Of a stretch of DNA of 64,000 bases, positions 11,835 through 25,741 are shown one piece after another. The position numbers and the translations under genes were made by a program. The DNA comes from Squalus acanthias (taxonomy: Eukaryota), in contig CM059432.1 of assembly GCA_030390025.1 (NCBI GenBank), positions 3,906,001 through 3,970,000 of the forward strand, read 5' to 3'. The notes below the pieces were generated by a model. The model was not told the DNA's origin, did not search any database, and saw nothing but the letters and a program-made list of their open reading frames with translations. Every line of letters starts with the position of its first letter. Position 1 is the first letter of the stretch.

Positions 11835-13315
11835 ATTACATTTAGTTCCCTTATCTAGATCATTAATGTATATTGTGAATAGCTGGGGTCCAAGGACCGA
11901 TCCCTGCGGTACCCCACTAGTCACTGCTTGCCACTCGGAAAAAGACCCATTAATTCCTACTCTTTGCTTTCTGTCCGCCAACCAGTTCTCTATCCAAGTC
12001 AATACTTTGCCCCCAATCCCATGTGCCTTAACTTTACACGCTAATCTCTTATGCGGGATCTTATCGAAAGCCTTTTGAAAGTCCAAATACACCACATCTA
12101 CTGGTTCTCCCTTATCTATTTTCCCAGTTACATCCTCAAAAAATCCAACAGAGGAAATAGTTTCTCTCTCTCTATCTACCCGATCAACTCCTTCAATCAT
12201 CTTGCTGTGCACAAATTGGCTGCAGTGTTTCCCTAGATTATAACAGTGATTACTTCAAAAATGTACTTAATAGGCTGTAAAGTGCTTTGAGACATCCTGA
12301 GGTGGTGAAAGGCGCTCCAAAAATGCAAATATTTCTTTCTTCTTTCTCTCCTTGTAAGACCTGGTTAGGACCTTCAAGGATAATCTTCTATGTCGTATAC
12401 AGCTGAGGAGTTGAATGTACAAAGTGAACATTTTACTTAATGTCAGATCTAATGCTTCTGAATTCAATAAATGTTCTAAAGTATCACCACTGCAGTGACA
12501 GCATTGAAAGGGTGCAAGTGTGTCTGGGAGTGGGGTGGGGAGGGCAGGTGGATAGAACAAATCCCTTAAATTCAATGCAGCTCATGCGGAGTGAGAAAAC
12601 GGCTGGAGAGAGGAACGCAACGGGACTTTTATTTCTCCTTTAATTAGTCCGCTCCCGCAGCTCAGAGCTGTGCCCTGTTAGATTCCTGCCCGCGCCTGGA
12701 CTCCTGCCTGTGTGTGTGTGTGTGTCTGTGTCTGTGCGCAGTGAAAACCTTTTAAGGTGGCAGTCAGGTTTTTAGAGGGGCGAGTATTTATTGCAATTGT
12801 TATTCATGGGGAGGAGAAAGTAGATAAATGCATGCACTACAGGAGAGATAAGTTGACAAGGAACTGTGTGCGCAGGCTGGCTTTATAAAAGAATAATGAT
12901 TGAGAGAAATGCAGATGATTCAACACAGGCATAGGATGACATAGCACAGGAGGAGGCCACTCGCCCATTGCGCCTGTGCCGGCTCTTTGAAAGAGCCCTC
13001 CAATTAGTCCCACTCCCCCACTCCGGGACCTCAGGAATTTGCTAGTCCATCCTCCAAATAAACTCCTGAAAATAAAATAAATAAATAAATAAATAAACTC
13101 CTGATGGCCCAACTATTGGAAATGCCATTTTCCTGACCTTCTGGTTGCTGATTTCCAAGTGGCATGCACAAAATAAAATGAAAGGCGATAACCCTGCCTT
13201 TGTAAATATTACATAGATATTACATAGAATGTACAGCACAGAAACATGCCATTTGGCCCAACCAGTCTATGCCAGTGTTTATGCTCCACACGAGCCTCCT
13301 CCAACCCAACCAACA

Positions 13316-13957
13316 AGGTATGTTGGCATTCATTGCAAGAGGATTTGAGTACAGGAGCAAGGATGTCTTACTACAGTTGTACAGGACCTTGGTGAGATTA
13401 CACCTGGAGTACTGTGTGCAGTTTTGGTCTCCTTACCTAAGAAAGGATATACTTGCCATAGAGGGAGTGCAGTGAAGGTTCACCAGACTGATTCCTGGGA
13501 TGGCAGGACTGTCGTATGAGGAGAGATTGGGTCGACTAGGCCTGTATTCACTAGAGTTTAGAAGAATGAGAGGGGATCTCAGTGAAACGTATAAAATTCT
13601 GACAGGGCTAGACAGACTGGATGCAGGGAAGATGTTTCCCCTGGCTGGGGGGTCTAGAACGAGGGGTCACAGTCTCAGGATACGGGGCAGGACATTTAGG
13701 ACTGAGATGAGGAGAAATTTCTTCACTCAGAGGGTGGTGAACCTGTGGAATTCTCCACTACAGAAGGCTGTGGAGGCCAGTCACTGAATATATTTAAGAA
13801 GGAGATAGATAGATTTCTAGACACAAAAGGCATCAAGGGGTATGGGGAGAGAGCAGGAATATGGTATTGAGATAGAGGATCAGCCATGATCATATTGAAT
13901 GGCAGAGCAGGCTCGAAGGTCCGAATGGCCTACTCCTGCTCCTATGTTTCTATGTTT
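13316..13957 (+). mobile_element. CR1 LINE 3' fragment
   Basis: ORF2 C-terminal motifs with a premature stop; (tatgtttc)n tail. Confidence 0.9.
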
Positions 13958-14614
13958 CACCCCATTAGCACATTCTTCTATTCCTTTCTCCCTCGTGTGT
14001 TTATCAATCTTCCCCTTAAATGCATCTGTGCTATTCGCCTCAACCACTCCCTGTGGCAGCGAGTTCCACATTCTCACCACTCTCTGGGTAAAGAAGTTTC
14101 TCCCGAATTCCTTATTGGATTTATTAGTGACTATCTTATATTAATGGCCTCTAGTTATGGACTTCTCAACAAGTGGAAACATCTTCTCTACGTAGGAACA
14201 GGAGGAGGCCATTGAGCCCCTCGAGCCTGCTCTGCCATTCAGTGAGATCATGGCTGATCTGCGACCTAACTCCATATCCCTTAATACCTTTGGTTAACAA
14301 AAATCTATCAATCTCCGATTTAAAATTAACAATTGATCTAGCATCAATTGCCGTTTGCGGAAGAGAGTTGCAAACTTCTACCACCCTTTGTGTGTAGAAG
14401 TGTTTCCTAATTTCACTCCTGAAAGGTCTGGCTCTAATTTTTAGACTATGCCCCCTAGTCCTAGACTCCCCAACCAGCGGAAATAGTTTCTCTCTGTCTA
14501 TCCTATCAGTTCCCCTTAATATCCTGAAAACATTGCTCAGATCACCCCTTAACCTTCTAAATTCCAGGGAATACAACCCTAGTTTGTGTAATCTCTCCTC
14601 GTAATTTAACCCTG
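13958..14614 (-). mobile_element. Two CR1 3' fragments (second continues at about 15989-16085 after the LTR)
   Basis: RVVRMWNSLP and YTQRVVEVCNSLP motifs. Confidence 0.85.
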
Positions 14615-15102
14615 TGTAAGGTTTCCAAAATTTGCAGATCCCCAAAACCTAAGGAAAAAGGACTTTGGAACTACCTCAGAGTGATAAAAATGCATTTGGG
14701 CCTAACATAAGGAATTTAAGATCAAAAACCAAGTTTGGGCATTTTAAAAACATGTCTGGGCCTGTAAAGGGGGAAAAGGCTGTGAAGGAAGTTGGGGCGA
14801 CCTCTGTAAAAGCAGTTTTGGGTATTGCAGTTAATTGCACTGTCTGGGGAACCAGGATGACCTCACTCAAAGCCCCAGCAAGCATTAACATTTTGACAAT
14901 AGACCCTGGGAGAAGACAGTCCCACCCAAAATAACAGGCCCCACCAAACCGTTTACAGAACCCATTAAAGACATGCATAAAGCAAATATTCTATACGAAG
15001 TCCTAGGCCCAGTCAAGAAATCCAAAACATGAGGACAATTCAAACTCTGATTAAACAACAGATCGACAGGATGGAGCTATCCTGAAACCACTGCACACAT
15101 TT

Positions 15103-15224
15103 TCATTTCTTGCTTTTTTCCGGTTCTGACGAAAGGTCTTCGACCTGAAACGTTAACACTGTTTCTCTCTCCATGGATGCTGCCTGGCCTGCTGAGTTTT
15201 TCCAGCGTTTTTCTGTTGTTATTT
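15103..15224 (+). mobile_element. Penelope-like 3' tail fragment with hammerhead motif
   Basis: 9-bp TSD cacacattt; CTGACGA-stem-GAAACGTTA. Confidence 0.75.
15126..15155 (+). ncRNA. Minimal hammerhead ribozyme motif
   Basis: CTGACGA a aggtc-ttc-gacct GAAA cgtta (palindromic AACGTT). Confidence 0.65.
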
Positions 15225-16492
15225 CACACATTTACAAAACCAGTTAACACGCTAGTAAAGTCATTACTGTTAACGAGGTCTTACAATGACCGGGATTTGA
15301 TTTGGTTTTGATAAGGCCACTTCAATTTAGTATAATTGAAGGCCCATCAAGCAGTTCAACAGAAAGCAGTAACAACAGTTACAAGTACGAGTTCTCCAGC
15401 AAGGAGTTCAACAAGCAGGCAGAAGGCAGTTTCCACAGTTCTGCAAGAAGGCAGTTCCACAGCTTGGGAAGAAGACAGTTTAAACAGAGGCAGAGTTCAA
15501 CAGAAAGAAGTTCAATAAAGAAGGCCAACAGCTCCAGAAGTAGGCCGACATGCAAGAAGAGACCAGAGCGACCGCCTCAGTGACCATCGGACACCTCGCG
15601 GCAACAAGGGCCTTATGAAACTTTTTACTCAAAAGACTCTAAACCCTAACTCTCAACTATCAAGGATTCGTTTGGTGAGCATTATCCCTGGTTCTCCAGA
15701 GTCCAACCTAGCTAGTAAAGTGGGATTGGGAGGGGTGAAGTATTCTTCTAATGTTATTTCCCTCGCTTGTACCGAAGTGTTCCCCACCTTTAGAGTGTTA
15801 AGAGTGTTTGTGTTGTGTTTTACTTTCTTGAATAAAGATCGAAGTTCTTTCATCAAACTCAGTTGTCTGCTGCACCTTTTGTATCACAACCCCCAAATAA
15901 GTCCAAGGTCTAGAACCAAGGGAGTGGGAGCGATTCGAACCGCTCAGAAGTCAGAGGCAAAGCTGACACAAAAACACCACCCCCTACACCTGGGAGTCCA
16001 GGTATCATTCTGGTAAACCTACGCTGCACTCTCTCCAAGGCCAATATATCCTTCCTAAGGTTTGGCACTCGGAACTGCTCACAGGACGTCTACCATATCA
16101 AACCCTATCATAATGTTAAAGGCCTCTATCAGGTCACCCCCTCAGCCTTCTCTGTTCTAGAGAAAAGAGTCCCAGCCTGTTCAATCTGTCCTGATAGTTA
16201 TATCCTCACAGTTTGCTGCATGAAATATATTTTCAAGACTCGACTTTTTGTATAATTGTAGCACACTTTGCCAGTGACAGTATCCTCTGTGGAACCACTT
16301 GGGTTTCAGTCATGCTTCACTTTAGGATTGACGTTTAAGTTGTTGCTCACTTCTAAATGTAGCTCTGCATCTTCATCGGGATAGGCTGGTATTCCCTTCA
16401 GTATGGAAGATTAAGGGGTGATCTCTTTGAGGTGTTTTAGATGATTAAAGGATTTGATTTCTTACAGGTAGGTAGAGAGAAACGATTTGTTC

Positions 16493-16960
16493 TCAGCCGT
16501 GGCTCAGTGGGCCGCACTCTCTCTCCACTGAGTCAGAAGGTTGTTGCTTCAAGTCCCACTCCAGAGACTTGAGCACAAAAATCTAGGCTGACACTCCAGT
16601 GCAGTGCTGAGGGAGTGCTGCACTGTCGGAGGTGCCGACTTTCAGATGAGACGTTAAACTGAGGCCCCGTCTGCCCTCTCAGGTGGACATAAAAGATCCC
16701 ACGGCCACTATTTCAAAGACCAGCAGCGGAGTTATCCCCTGTGTCCTGGGGCTAATATTTATCCCTCAATCAACATCACTTAAACAGATTATCTGGTCAT
16801 TATCACATTGCTGTTTGTGGGAGCTTGCTGTGCGCAAATTGGCTGCTGCATTTCCCACATTACAACAGTGACTGCTTCAAAAGTACTTCATTGGCTGTAA
16901 AGCGCTTTGGGACGTCTTGAGGTGGTGCAAGGCGCTAGAGAAATGCAAGTCCTTCTTTCT
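16493..16960 (+). mobile_element. DeuSINE, full length
   Basis: Head, Deu core and L2-like tail. Confidence 0.88.
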
Positions 16961-18149
16961 CTGGTGGGGGGAGTTCAGAACAAGGGGGGCATCGCCTTAA
17001 AATGAGAACTGGGCCGTTCAGGGGTGACGTCAGGAAGCACTTCTTCACACAAAGGGGAGCGGATATCTAAATTGGCGTACTCCTGTTCTTGTTCTCCCCA
17101 TACCTGTCTGGATAATGGACGATAGTTAACCCTTGGCAACATCAAACTGGACGTTCCCCGCCTCCTGCAGCCGAAAGAAAATAAGCTGGAAATTAAGGAT
17201 TAAACGCGAACCATTTTTTCCCCCGTTTTCTGGTTGTGATGCTACATCTGCACATTTCCTCTTTATGACGACTATCATGAAGTGGTGGTGGAATGTCCAG
17301 CGTCTGCCTCATCCCCCATCTTTGAGCACACTGGTAGGATCGTTGCTGGAAGTCCTCACCCTTGCCCCACTGGCCGGTGGCCTGGGAAGTCTACTGATAC
17401 GAGCTGCGACGACGGTCAGCAAATCAATATTGAACTTGTTTGGATTCTGACCCGACAACGAACCCGCTGACACTTGAGATGGTCTGCTCAGAACATAGGA
17501 ACACAAGAAATAGGAGCAGGAGTAGGCCATTCGGCCCATCGAGCCTGCTCCGCCATTCAATGAGATCATGGCTGATCCGATTTTGGCCTCGACTCCACTT
17601 TCCTGCCCAAACCCCATAACCCTTGACTCCCCTACTAAGTTATGTGTTAGTGGAGAATGTGAAGGAGGACTATAGATTCCGGGGGGGAGGGGGTGGGGGT
17701 GGGGGCGGGGGCGCGGAATGAGTTACATGTATAAAAATCTAATTTGAGCTCTGCGTCCGACAAACAATTAACTTTGAAATTAACTATTTGTTTTTATTTG
17801 TTCACGGGATGTGGGCGTCGCTGGCAAGGCCCAGCATTTATTGCCCATCCCTAATTGCCCTTGAGAAGGTGGTGGTGAGCCGCCTTCTTGAACCGCTGCA
17901 GTCCGTGTGGTGAAGGTGCTCCCACAGTGCTGTTAGGGAGGGAGTTCCAGATTTTGACCCAGCGACGATATACTTTCAAGTCAAGCTGGTGTATTGATCA
18001 TTACGTTTTAGTATTCTTAAGCCTCTAGACCTCAAAGATTTGTCAGAATCATCTGCTCCCTGGAGTTTCACAACATGGCCTTTCTTGTCTCTTTATAGGG
18101 CATTTGTTTTTTGAGATGCTTTTAACATTTATAAGACATTACTGACAGA

Positions 18150-19945
18150 CATAGAAACATAGAAAAATTGGAGCAGGAGTAGGCCATTCGGCCCTTCGAG
18201 CCATCTCCGCCATTCAATATGATCATGGCTGATCCTCTATCTCAATACCATATTCCCGCTCTCTCCCCATACCCCTTGATGCCTTTTGTGTCTAGAAATC
18301 TATCTATTTCCTTCTTAAATATATTCAGTGACTTGGCCTCCACAGCCTTCTGTGGTAGAGAATTCCACAGGTTCACCACCCTCTGAGTGAAGAAATTTCT
18401 CCTCATCTCAGTCCTAAATGTCCTACCCCGTATCCTGAGACTGTGACCCCTCGTTCTAGATCCCCCCAGCCCGGGGAAACATCCTCCCTGCATCCAGTCT
18501 GTCTAGCCCTGTCAGAATTTTATACGTTTCAATGAGATCCCCTCTCATTCTTCTGAACTCTAGTGAATACAGGCCTAGTCAACCCAATCTCTCCACATAC
18601 GACAGTCCTGCCATCCCAGGAATCAGTCTGGTGAACCTTCGCTGCACTCCCTCTATGGCAAGTATATCCTTTCTTAGGTAAGGAGACCAAAACTGCACAC
18701 AGTACTCCAGGTGTGATCTCACCAAGGTCCTGTACAACTGTAGTAAGACATCCTTGCTCCTGTACTCAAATCATCTTGCAATGAAGGCCAACATACCATT
18801 TGCCTTCCTAACTGCTTGCTATACCTGCATGTTTGCTTTCAGTGACTGGTGTACAAGGACACCCAGGTCCCTTTGTACATCAGCATTTCCCAATCTAGCA
18901 CCATTTAAATAATACTCTACCTTTCTGTTTTTCCTACCAAAGTGGATAACTTCATATTTGTCCATGTTATATTGCATCTGCCATGTATTTGGCCACTCAC
19001 TCAACTTGTCTAAATCGCCTTGAAGCCTCTTTGCATCCTCCTCACAACTCACAATCCCACCTAGTTTTATGTCGTCAGCAAACTTGGAAATATTACATTT
19101 GGTTTCCTCATCCAAATCATTGATATATATTGTGAATAGCTGGGGCCCAAGCACTGATCCTTGCGGTCCCCCTACTCTCTGTTTCCTGTCTGTTAACCAA
19201 TTTTCAATCCATGCCAGTATATTACCCCCAATCCCATGTGCTTTAATTTTGCACACTAACCTCTTGTGTGGAACTTTATCAAAGGCCTTCTGAAAATCCA
19301 AATACACCACATCCACTGGTTCTCCCTTATCTATTCTACCAGTTACATCCTCAAAAAACTCCAGTAGGTTTGTCAAACACGATTTCCCTTTCATAAATCC
19401 ATGTTGACTTTGTCTAATCCCGTTGATATTTTCTAAGTGTCCTGTTATCACATCCTTTATAATAGTCTCTAGCATTTTCCCTACTACTGATGTTAGGCTA
19501 ACCGGTCTGTAGTTCGCTGTTTTCTCTCTCTCTCCTTTTTTAAATAGTGGGGTTACATTTGCCACCCTCCAATCTGCAGGAACTGTTCCATAATCTATAG
19601 AATTTTGGAAGATGACAACCAAAGCATCCACTATTTCCATGGCTACCTCTTTTAGTACTCTGGGATGCAGATTATCAGGCCCTGGGGATTTATCAGCTTT
19701 CAGTCCCATTAATTTCTCTAGCACCATTTTTTTACTAATACTAATTTCCTTTAATTCCTCCTTCTCACTAGATCCTTGGTTCCCTAGCATTTCTGGGAAG
19801 TTATTTGTGTCCTCTTCCGTGAAGACAGAACCAAAGTATTTGTTTAATTGCTCAGCCATTTCCTTGTTCCCCATTATAAATTCTCCCGTTTCTGACTGTA
19901 AGGGACCTGCATTTGTCTTCACTAATCTTTTTCTTTTTACCTACC
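18150..19945 (-). mobile_element. CR1 LINE, 1.8-kb 5'-truncated copy with RT domain
   Basis: ORF 18819-19922: [34 protein letters not shown]; internal deletion and stops. Confidence 0.95.
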
Positions 19946-20594
19946 TATTTCCTTTGATTACTAAACTGTAATTTAAGAAGTTTTAACCAAAGCAGTGAGA
20001 GGTTCTCTTTGTAAGGAATTTATTAACTTGATGTAAAAATCTGATTGTTTTTAAATCTTACCAGCAGCCGGTGTCGCTTTCTGAAAAATTATTCACTTTC
20101 CTCCCCCCGTCCCATTTTGCAATATTTTCCACCAATGAGAGCAAGACCTAGGTTATTTATAACGTGTAAGGAGATAGAGGAGCACATTTGCAGGCCAATT
20201 GCCGAGAGATGCAAGAACGATAGTGTCGTGATAATCGGGGGGGAACTTCAGTAATCCTAATATGGAATGGGAAAATAACAGTGTAAAGGGCAAGGAGCGG
20301 GAAGGAATTCCTGAAATGTGCACAAGAGAACTTTCTTGATCAGTGTGTTTCCAGCCCGATGAGGAAGGAAGCAGCGCTGGATCTAGTTCTGGGGATTGAA
20401 GTGGGGCATGTTTCAGGTGGGGGAGCATCTGGGAAAGAGTGATCCCAATATCATTAGGTTTAGAATAGTTACGGTGAAGTTGAAGGAAAAATCAAATAGG
20501 AAAATACTCAACTGGAGGAGGGCTAATTTCTGTGAGTTGAAAGGGGATCTGGCCCAGGTGGATTGGATTCTAAGATTGGCAGGTAAAACAGTAA

Positions 20595-21587
20595 GGGGGA
20601 AAAATTGGGTTGATTTGCGCCTCTCATTAGCACCCCCTGGGGGTGCTAACGAGGGGCGCAAATCCCCTAGCGCCCGGGCGCGGCGCTGCTAACGCCTCCC
20701 GCAAAATTCAGCGGGAAGCGGGAGGTTAATGACGGCGGTAGCCGGTAGCGCCCCGCCGCGCTGCGCCAACGGCGATGACGTCATCGCCGTGCGCAACGCC
20801 CCGCTCGCGCCCCGGCCACAAACTTGTCTCACGCCCCCTGACCTATCGCCAGACAATATGTCTGACAGGGTCAGGGTGGCGTGTTTGCGGCTGCCGCGGC
20901 GCAAATTAAAGGGCAGGTGTCGGGCGGCCATTTTTTGGGGGGTCCGACTGCCAGCACCTGCCCCCTCTGGCTTCCTCCCGCGGGGTACCGGCAGCGATCC
21001 ATCAGCCCGGCGCTGCTCTTGAGTGCCGGGCTCTTTTCCCAGCACCCCGCTCCCCGGTGGTCCAGCAGGGCCCCGGTGCGTGCTGCGCTAGGCCCCTCCC
21101 CTTTCACCAGGGGAGGGAGGCCTGCAATGACGCGACGCTACGTGCCGACGAGCGTGGTGCTGTTACATGTAGCGCCGCGATATTCAGTTGCAGCGCCCCA
21201 AGAAGGAGGTGGATCGCTTCCAGTAGCGCTCCGCCTCCTGCTTGGGGCGCTACAACTGAATTTCAGGTGGAGGGGCGCTAATTTTTTCGGGGTGCCTAAA
21301 TAAGCGCCCCAGCGACGTTCGCGCCCCAAAAGGGGCTGACGTAAGAAAACTACGAGGCACTTGGTCTAAGCATTAAACAAAGCTTTAATCAACTGTTTTA
21401 CAACATGGAGGTCTAGTTGTGTCCTTCACTAGTTCCTGTTAAGAATGTCCTGCGCAAGCTGGGCCCGTGCCCGAGTATTTATACTCTCCCTGGACAGCGC
21501 CACCAGCAGGCCGCCCAGTATTATTTCATAAGTCATTTTCCATGAATGACAAGATTCAGGTCAGGGGCGACACTCAATTTTTCCCCC
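20595..21587. mobile_element. GC-rich PIF/Harbinger-like MITE
   Basis: TIRs gggggaaaaattg / caatttttccccc, canonical TAA TSD; same family as 38244-38940. Confidence 0.88.
21337..21563 (-). mobile_element. Short solo LTR (227 bp), copy 2
   Basis: tgac...gtca ends, perfect 5-bp TSD GGGGC; reverse complement of 6105-6333. Confidence 0.82.
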
Positions 21588-22232
21588 TAAATGAGCAATG
21601 GGAGCCCTGCAAAGAGGAGATGGTTTGGGTACAGACTAAACACATTCCCACGAGGGGGAAGGAAGGGCATCCAAAGCTAGAGCTCCCGGGATGACGAAAG
21701 ATAGAGAGGTTAAAATGAAACAGACAAAGGAGGCTTATGATAAATGTCTGAATGTCCCCTGGGTCAAAGCCCCGTGGGTCCAATGTCCGATGGTTCTGCC
21801 ACAGGCCTCTTTAGCCACGTGCTGCGTGCACTGGACACAGATCGCACCCTGATTCGGGCACGTTCCAATATCTAGCCCATTGTTACAGGTTCCTTCTGCT
21901 GAGCTCGATTATGTTTGGCTTCCTCATTCACCTAGCTGTGTGAAGGATGCTGAATAAAATTCTGGAGTAATACGTTTAGAACAGTACACTCCTAATCCAC
22001 GAGGAAGGCTGGCAGCTTGAGATAAGAAGTCACTATGATTAGCAGCACTGTAAATGTGTTTGTGAAGTTTCTTTCAGATCTTGTTTACCATTTTGTTGGA
22101 AATAGCAAAGAGGGGAAATCTTTACAAGCACATTTACAATGTTGAACTCTTACCTTACCTTCTAATTTTGTAAGTTTTTTTTCCTGTCTCGCAAATGCTG
22201 AAAATGTGATAATGGCTGGAATATAATCTGCA

Positions 22233-22550
22233 GTGTCAGCCGTGGCTCAGTGGGTAGCACTCTTGCCTCTGTTAGATTCCACTCCAGGGACTTAAGCACA
22301 CAATCCAGGCTGACACTCCCAGTGCAGTACTGAGGGAGTGCCGCACTGTCGGACGTGCCGTCTTTCGGATGAGACATTAAACCGAGGCCCCATCTGCCCC
22401 CTCAGGTGGACGTAAAATATACCACGGCACGATTTCAAAGAAAGTGCAGGGGTGGACTCCCTGGTGTCCTGGGCCAATATTTACCCCCTCAACCACTGAA
22501 ACAGATTATTTGGTCATTATCTCTTTGCTGTTTGCGGGAGCTTGCTGTGC
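22233..22550 (+). mobile_element. DeuSINE, partial
   Basis: tRNA head and Deu core. Confidence 0.82.
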
Positions 22551-22679
22551 CGTTATTTGCGGTCAGTGACGGCAATCTCCGCGGTGAAAATTTCAGGTTT
22601 CTCGACACTGAATTGATTGTACTGCTGTCAAAAGGGGATTCCCTAGCACAGAGCAGCAGCGATGTCGTCAAGCGTTATA

Positions 22680-24232
22680 ATCGAACAATGGGCTGCCTTT
22701 AAAGAGCAGCTGGTTTGGGTACAGTCGAGGTACATTCCCACGAGGGGGGAAGGCAGGGCAACCAAAGTCAGAGCCCTCTGGATGACGAACGAGATAAAGA
22801 GTAAGATGAAGCAGATGAAGTATGGCAGATGCCAGGTTGAGAATACAAGTGAGAACCAGGCTGAATAGAGAAAGTTCAGAGGGGAAGTGAAAAAGGAAAT
22901 AAGAGGGGCAATGAGAGAGTATGAGAATAGATTGGCAGTTAACATAAAAGGGAATCCAAAAGTCTTCTATAGGCATATAAACAGTAAACAGGTAGTACGA
23001 GGAGGGATGGGGCCAATTAGGGACCAAAAAGGAGAGCTAATGCATGGAGGCAGAGGGCATGACTGAGGTGCTAAATGAGTACTTTGCATCTGTCTTTACC
23101 AAGGAAGAAGATGCTGCCAAAGTCATAATGAAAGAGGAGGTAGTTGAGATACTGGATGAGATAAAAATTGATAAAGAGGAGGTACTAGAAAGGCTGGCTG
23201 TACTTAAGTCACCAGGACCAGATGGGATGCATCCTAGGATGCTGAGGGAAGTGAACCTGGAAATCGCGGAGGTACTGGCCATAACCTTCCAATCCTCCTT
23301 AGATACGGGGGTGGTGCCAGAGGACTGGAAAATTGCAAATGTTACACCCTTGTGTTACACCTTTGATCAAACGAGGGTGTAAGGATAAACCCAGCAACTA
23401 CAAGCTAGTCAGTTTAACCTCGGTAGTGGGGAAGCTTTTAGAAACGATAATCCGAGACAAAGTTAACAGTCACTTGGATTAATTAAGGAAAGCCAGCACG
23501 GATTTGTTAAAGGCAAATAGTGTTTAACTAACTTGATGAGATAACAAAGAGGGTTGATGAGGGCAATGCGGTTGACATAGTGCACATGGATTTCCAAAAG
23601 GCGTTCGACAAAGTGCCACATAATAGGCTTGCCAGCAAAGTTGAAGCCCATGGAATAAAAGGGACAGTGGCAGCATGGATATGAAATTGGCTAAGTGATA
23701 GGAAACAGAGAGTGGTGAACGGTTGTTTATCAGACTGGAGTAAGGTAGACAGTGCAGACAAGATTTACGAGAATGATTCCAGGGATGAGGGACTTCAGTT
23801 ACATGGATAGACTGGAGAAGCTGGGGTTGTTCTCCTTAGAGCAGAGAAGGTTGAGAGGAGATTTGATAGAGGTGTTCAAAATCATGAGGGGTCTGGACAG
23901 AGTAGAGAGAGAGAAACTGTTCCCATTGGCAGAAGGGTCGAGAACCAGAGGGCACAGATTTAAGGTGATTGGCAAAAGAACCAAAGGCGACATGAGGAAA
24001 AACCTTTTTACGCAGCGAGTGGTTAGGATCTGGAATGCGATGTGGAGGCAGATTCAATCGTGGTTTTCAAAAGGGAATTGGATAAGTGTCTGAGGGGGAA
24101 AAAAAATTGCAGGGCTACGGGGAAAGGACGGGGGAGTGGGACTGGCTGAAGTGCTCTTGCAGAGAGCTGGCACGGGCTCGATGGGCTGAATGGCCTCCTT
24201 CTGTGCTGTAACCATTCTATGATTCGATGATT
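22680..24232 (+). mobile_element. Decayed CR1 ORF2 (mid region) followed by a CR1 3' end
   Basis: [41 protein letters not shown] motifs. Confidence 0.9.
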
Positions 24233-25201
24233 TAGTGGTGTTCCCCAGGGGTCAGTACTAGGACCACTGCTTTTCTCGATATATATGTTAATGACTTGGA
24301 CCTGGGTGTATAGGGTGCAATTTCAAAATTTGCAGATGACACAAAACTTGTAAGTGTAATGAACAGTGAGGAGGATAGTGATAGACTTCAAGAGCACATA
24401 AGCAGGCTGGTGGAATGGGCAAACACATGGCAGATGAAATTTAACACAGAAAAGTGCGAAGTGATACATTTTGGTAGGAAGAACGAGGAGAGGAAATATA
24501 AACTAAAGGGTACAATCCTAAAGGGGGTGCATGAACAGAAAGACCGAGGGATATATGTGCACAAATCATTGAAGGTGGCAGGGCAGGTTGAGAAAGCGGT
24601 TAAAAAAGCATACAGGATCCTGGGCTTCATAAATAGAGGTCATGATGTGGAGATGCCGGCGTTGGACTGGGGTGGACAAAAATGAGAAGTCGCACAACAC
24701 CAGGTTATAGTCCAACAGATTTATTTAAAATTACAAGCTTTCGGAGCTGTCTCCCCTTCCTCAGGTAGAGTAGCTGTGAGAGAATCTCCCAGAATTCACA
24801 ATATAAACACAGAAAAAATGTATTCAAATCTTTCCCTACATCAAAGACACACTAAGAGCACAGCCAAGACAATGAGATGTGTCCCAGGGGGTCCAACGTG
24901 TCAAAACACCTGCTGGCTGCATATCCTCTGCAGTTGAGTTTGGTTCTTGTGTTAGTTTTTTTTTTAAAAGCTGGAAAGACCGGCCATGATGTCAAGTCAC
25001 GTTCTGTATCGTGACATGAACCCGATATCGCGATTGAGGCCATCCTCATGAGTGCGGAACTTGGCTATCAGTTTCTGCTCTATGATTTTGCGCTGTCGTG
25101 TATCCCGAAGGCCGCCTTGGAGAACGCTTACCCGCAGATCCGAGGCTGAATGCCCCTGACTGCTGAAGTGTTCCCCGACTGGGAGGCAACCCTCCTGCCT
25201 G

Positions 25202-25741
25202 GCCATCCCCACGCCTCCAGTACTCGCCTTCAAGCAGCCGCCTAACCTCAAAAGTACCATCGTTCGCAGCAGATTACCCATCTTTCAGGAGAACAGCAAC
25301 CACGAACCCACACAACCCTGCCACGGCAACCTCTGCAAGACATGCCAGATCATGGACACAGATACCATCATCACACGTGAGGACACTACCCACCAGGTAC
25401 ATGGTACATACTCATGTGACTCGGCCAACGTTGTCTACCTGATACGTTGCAGTAAAGGATGCCCCAAAGCATGGTACATCGGCGAGACCATGCAGACACT
25501 GAGACAACGTATGAACGGACACCGCGCAACAATCACCAGGCAGGAGGGTTGCCTCCCAGTCGGGGAACACTTCAGCAGTCAGGGGCATTCAGCCTCGGAT
25601 CTGCGGGTAAGCGTTCTCCAAGGCGGCCTTCGGGATACACGACAGCGCAAAATCATAGAGCAGAAACTGATAGCCAAGTTCCGCACTCATGAGGATGGCC
25701 TCAATCGCGATATCGGGTTCATGTCACGATACAGAACGTGA
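25202..25741 (+). CDS. Penelope-like GIY-YIG endonuclease domain (C-terminal fragment of the retroelement ORF)
   Basis: Open frame with AFKQPPNL, PC...CKTC, NVVYLIRC...WYIGET...LRQRMNGH, EQKLI, GLN. Confidence 0.88.
   Translation, partial: AIPTPPVLAFKQPPNLKSTIVRSRLPIFQENSNHEPTQPCHGNLCKTCQIMDTDTIITREDTTHQVHGTYSCDSANVVYLIRCSKGCPKAWYIGETMQTLRQRMNGHRATITRQEGCLPVGEHFSSQGHSASDLRVSVLQGGLRDTRQRKIIEQKLIAKFRTHEDGLNRDIGFMSRYRT

Larger units (their letters stand above)
9351..12150 (-). mobile_element. CR1 LINE ORF2 (RT) fragment split by a plus-strand CR1 (9977-10770) and a MITE (11072-11834)
   Basis: [26 protein letters not shown] motifs colinear across the interruptions; (catagaaa)n tail. Confidence 0.92.
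14615..15988 (+). mobile_element. Solo LTR (Gypsy/ERV type)
   Basis: tgta...taca termini, 4-bp TSD CCTG (14611-14614, 15989-15992), AATAAA at about 15831; removal restores the CR1. Confidence 0.8.
20165..21750 (+). mobile_element. Old CR1 ORF2 endonuclease-region fragment, split by a MITE
   Basis: VIIGG.F, P.RKEAALDLVLG, GEHLGKSD motifs in shifting frames. Confidence 0.75.

Noticed and set aside
17110..17490. Non-repetitive stretch with short ORFs
   Set aside because: No recognisable protein or convincing splice structure
20689..21329. Cluster of overlapping GC-rich ORFs resembling a CpG-island gene
   Set aside because: Lies inside a TIR/TSD-bounded MITE repeated at 38244-38940
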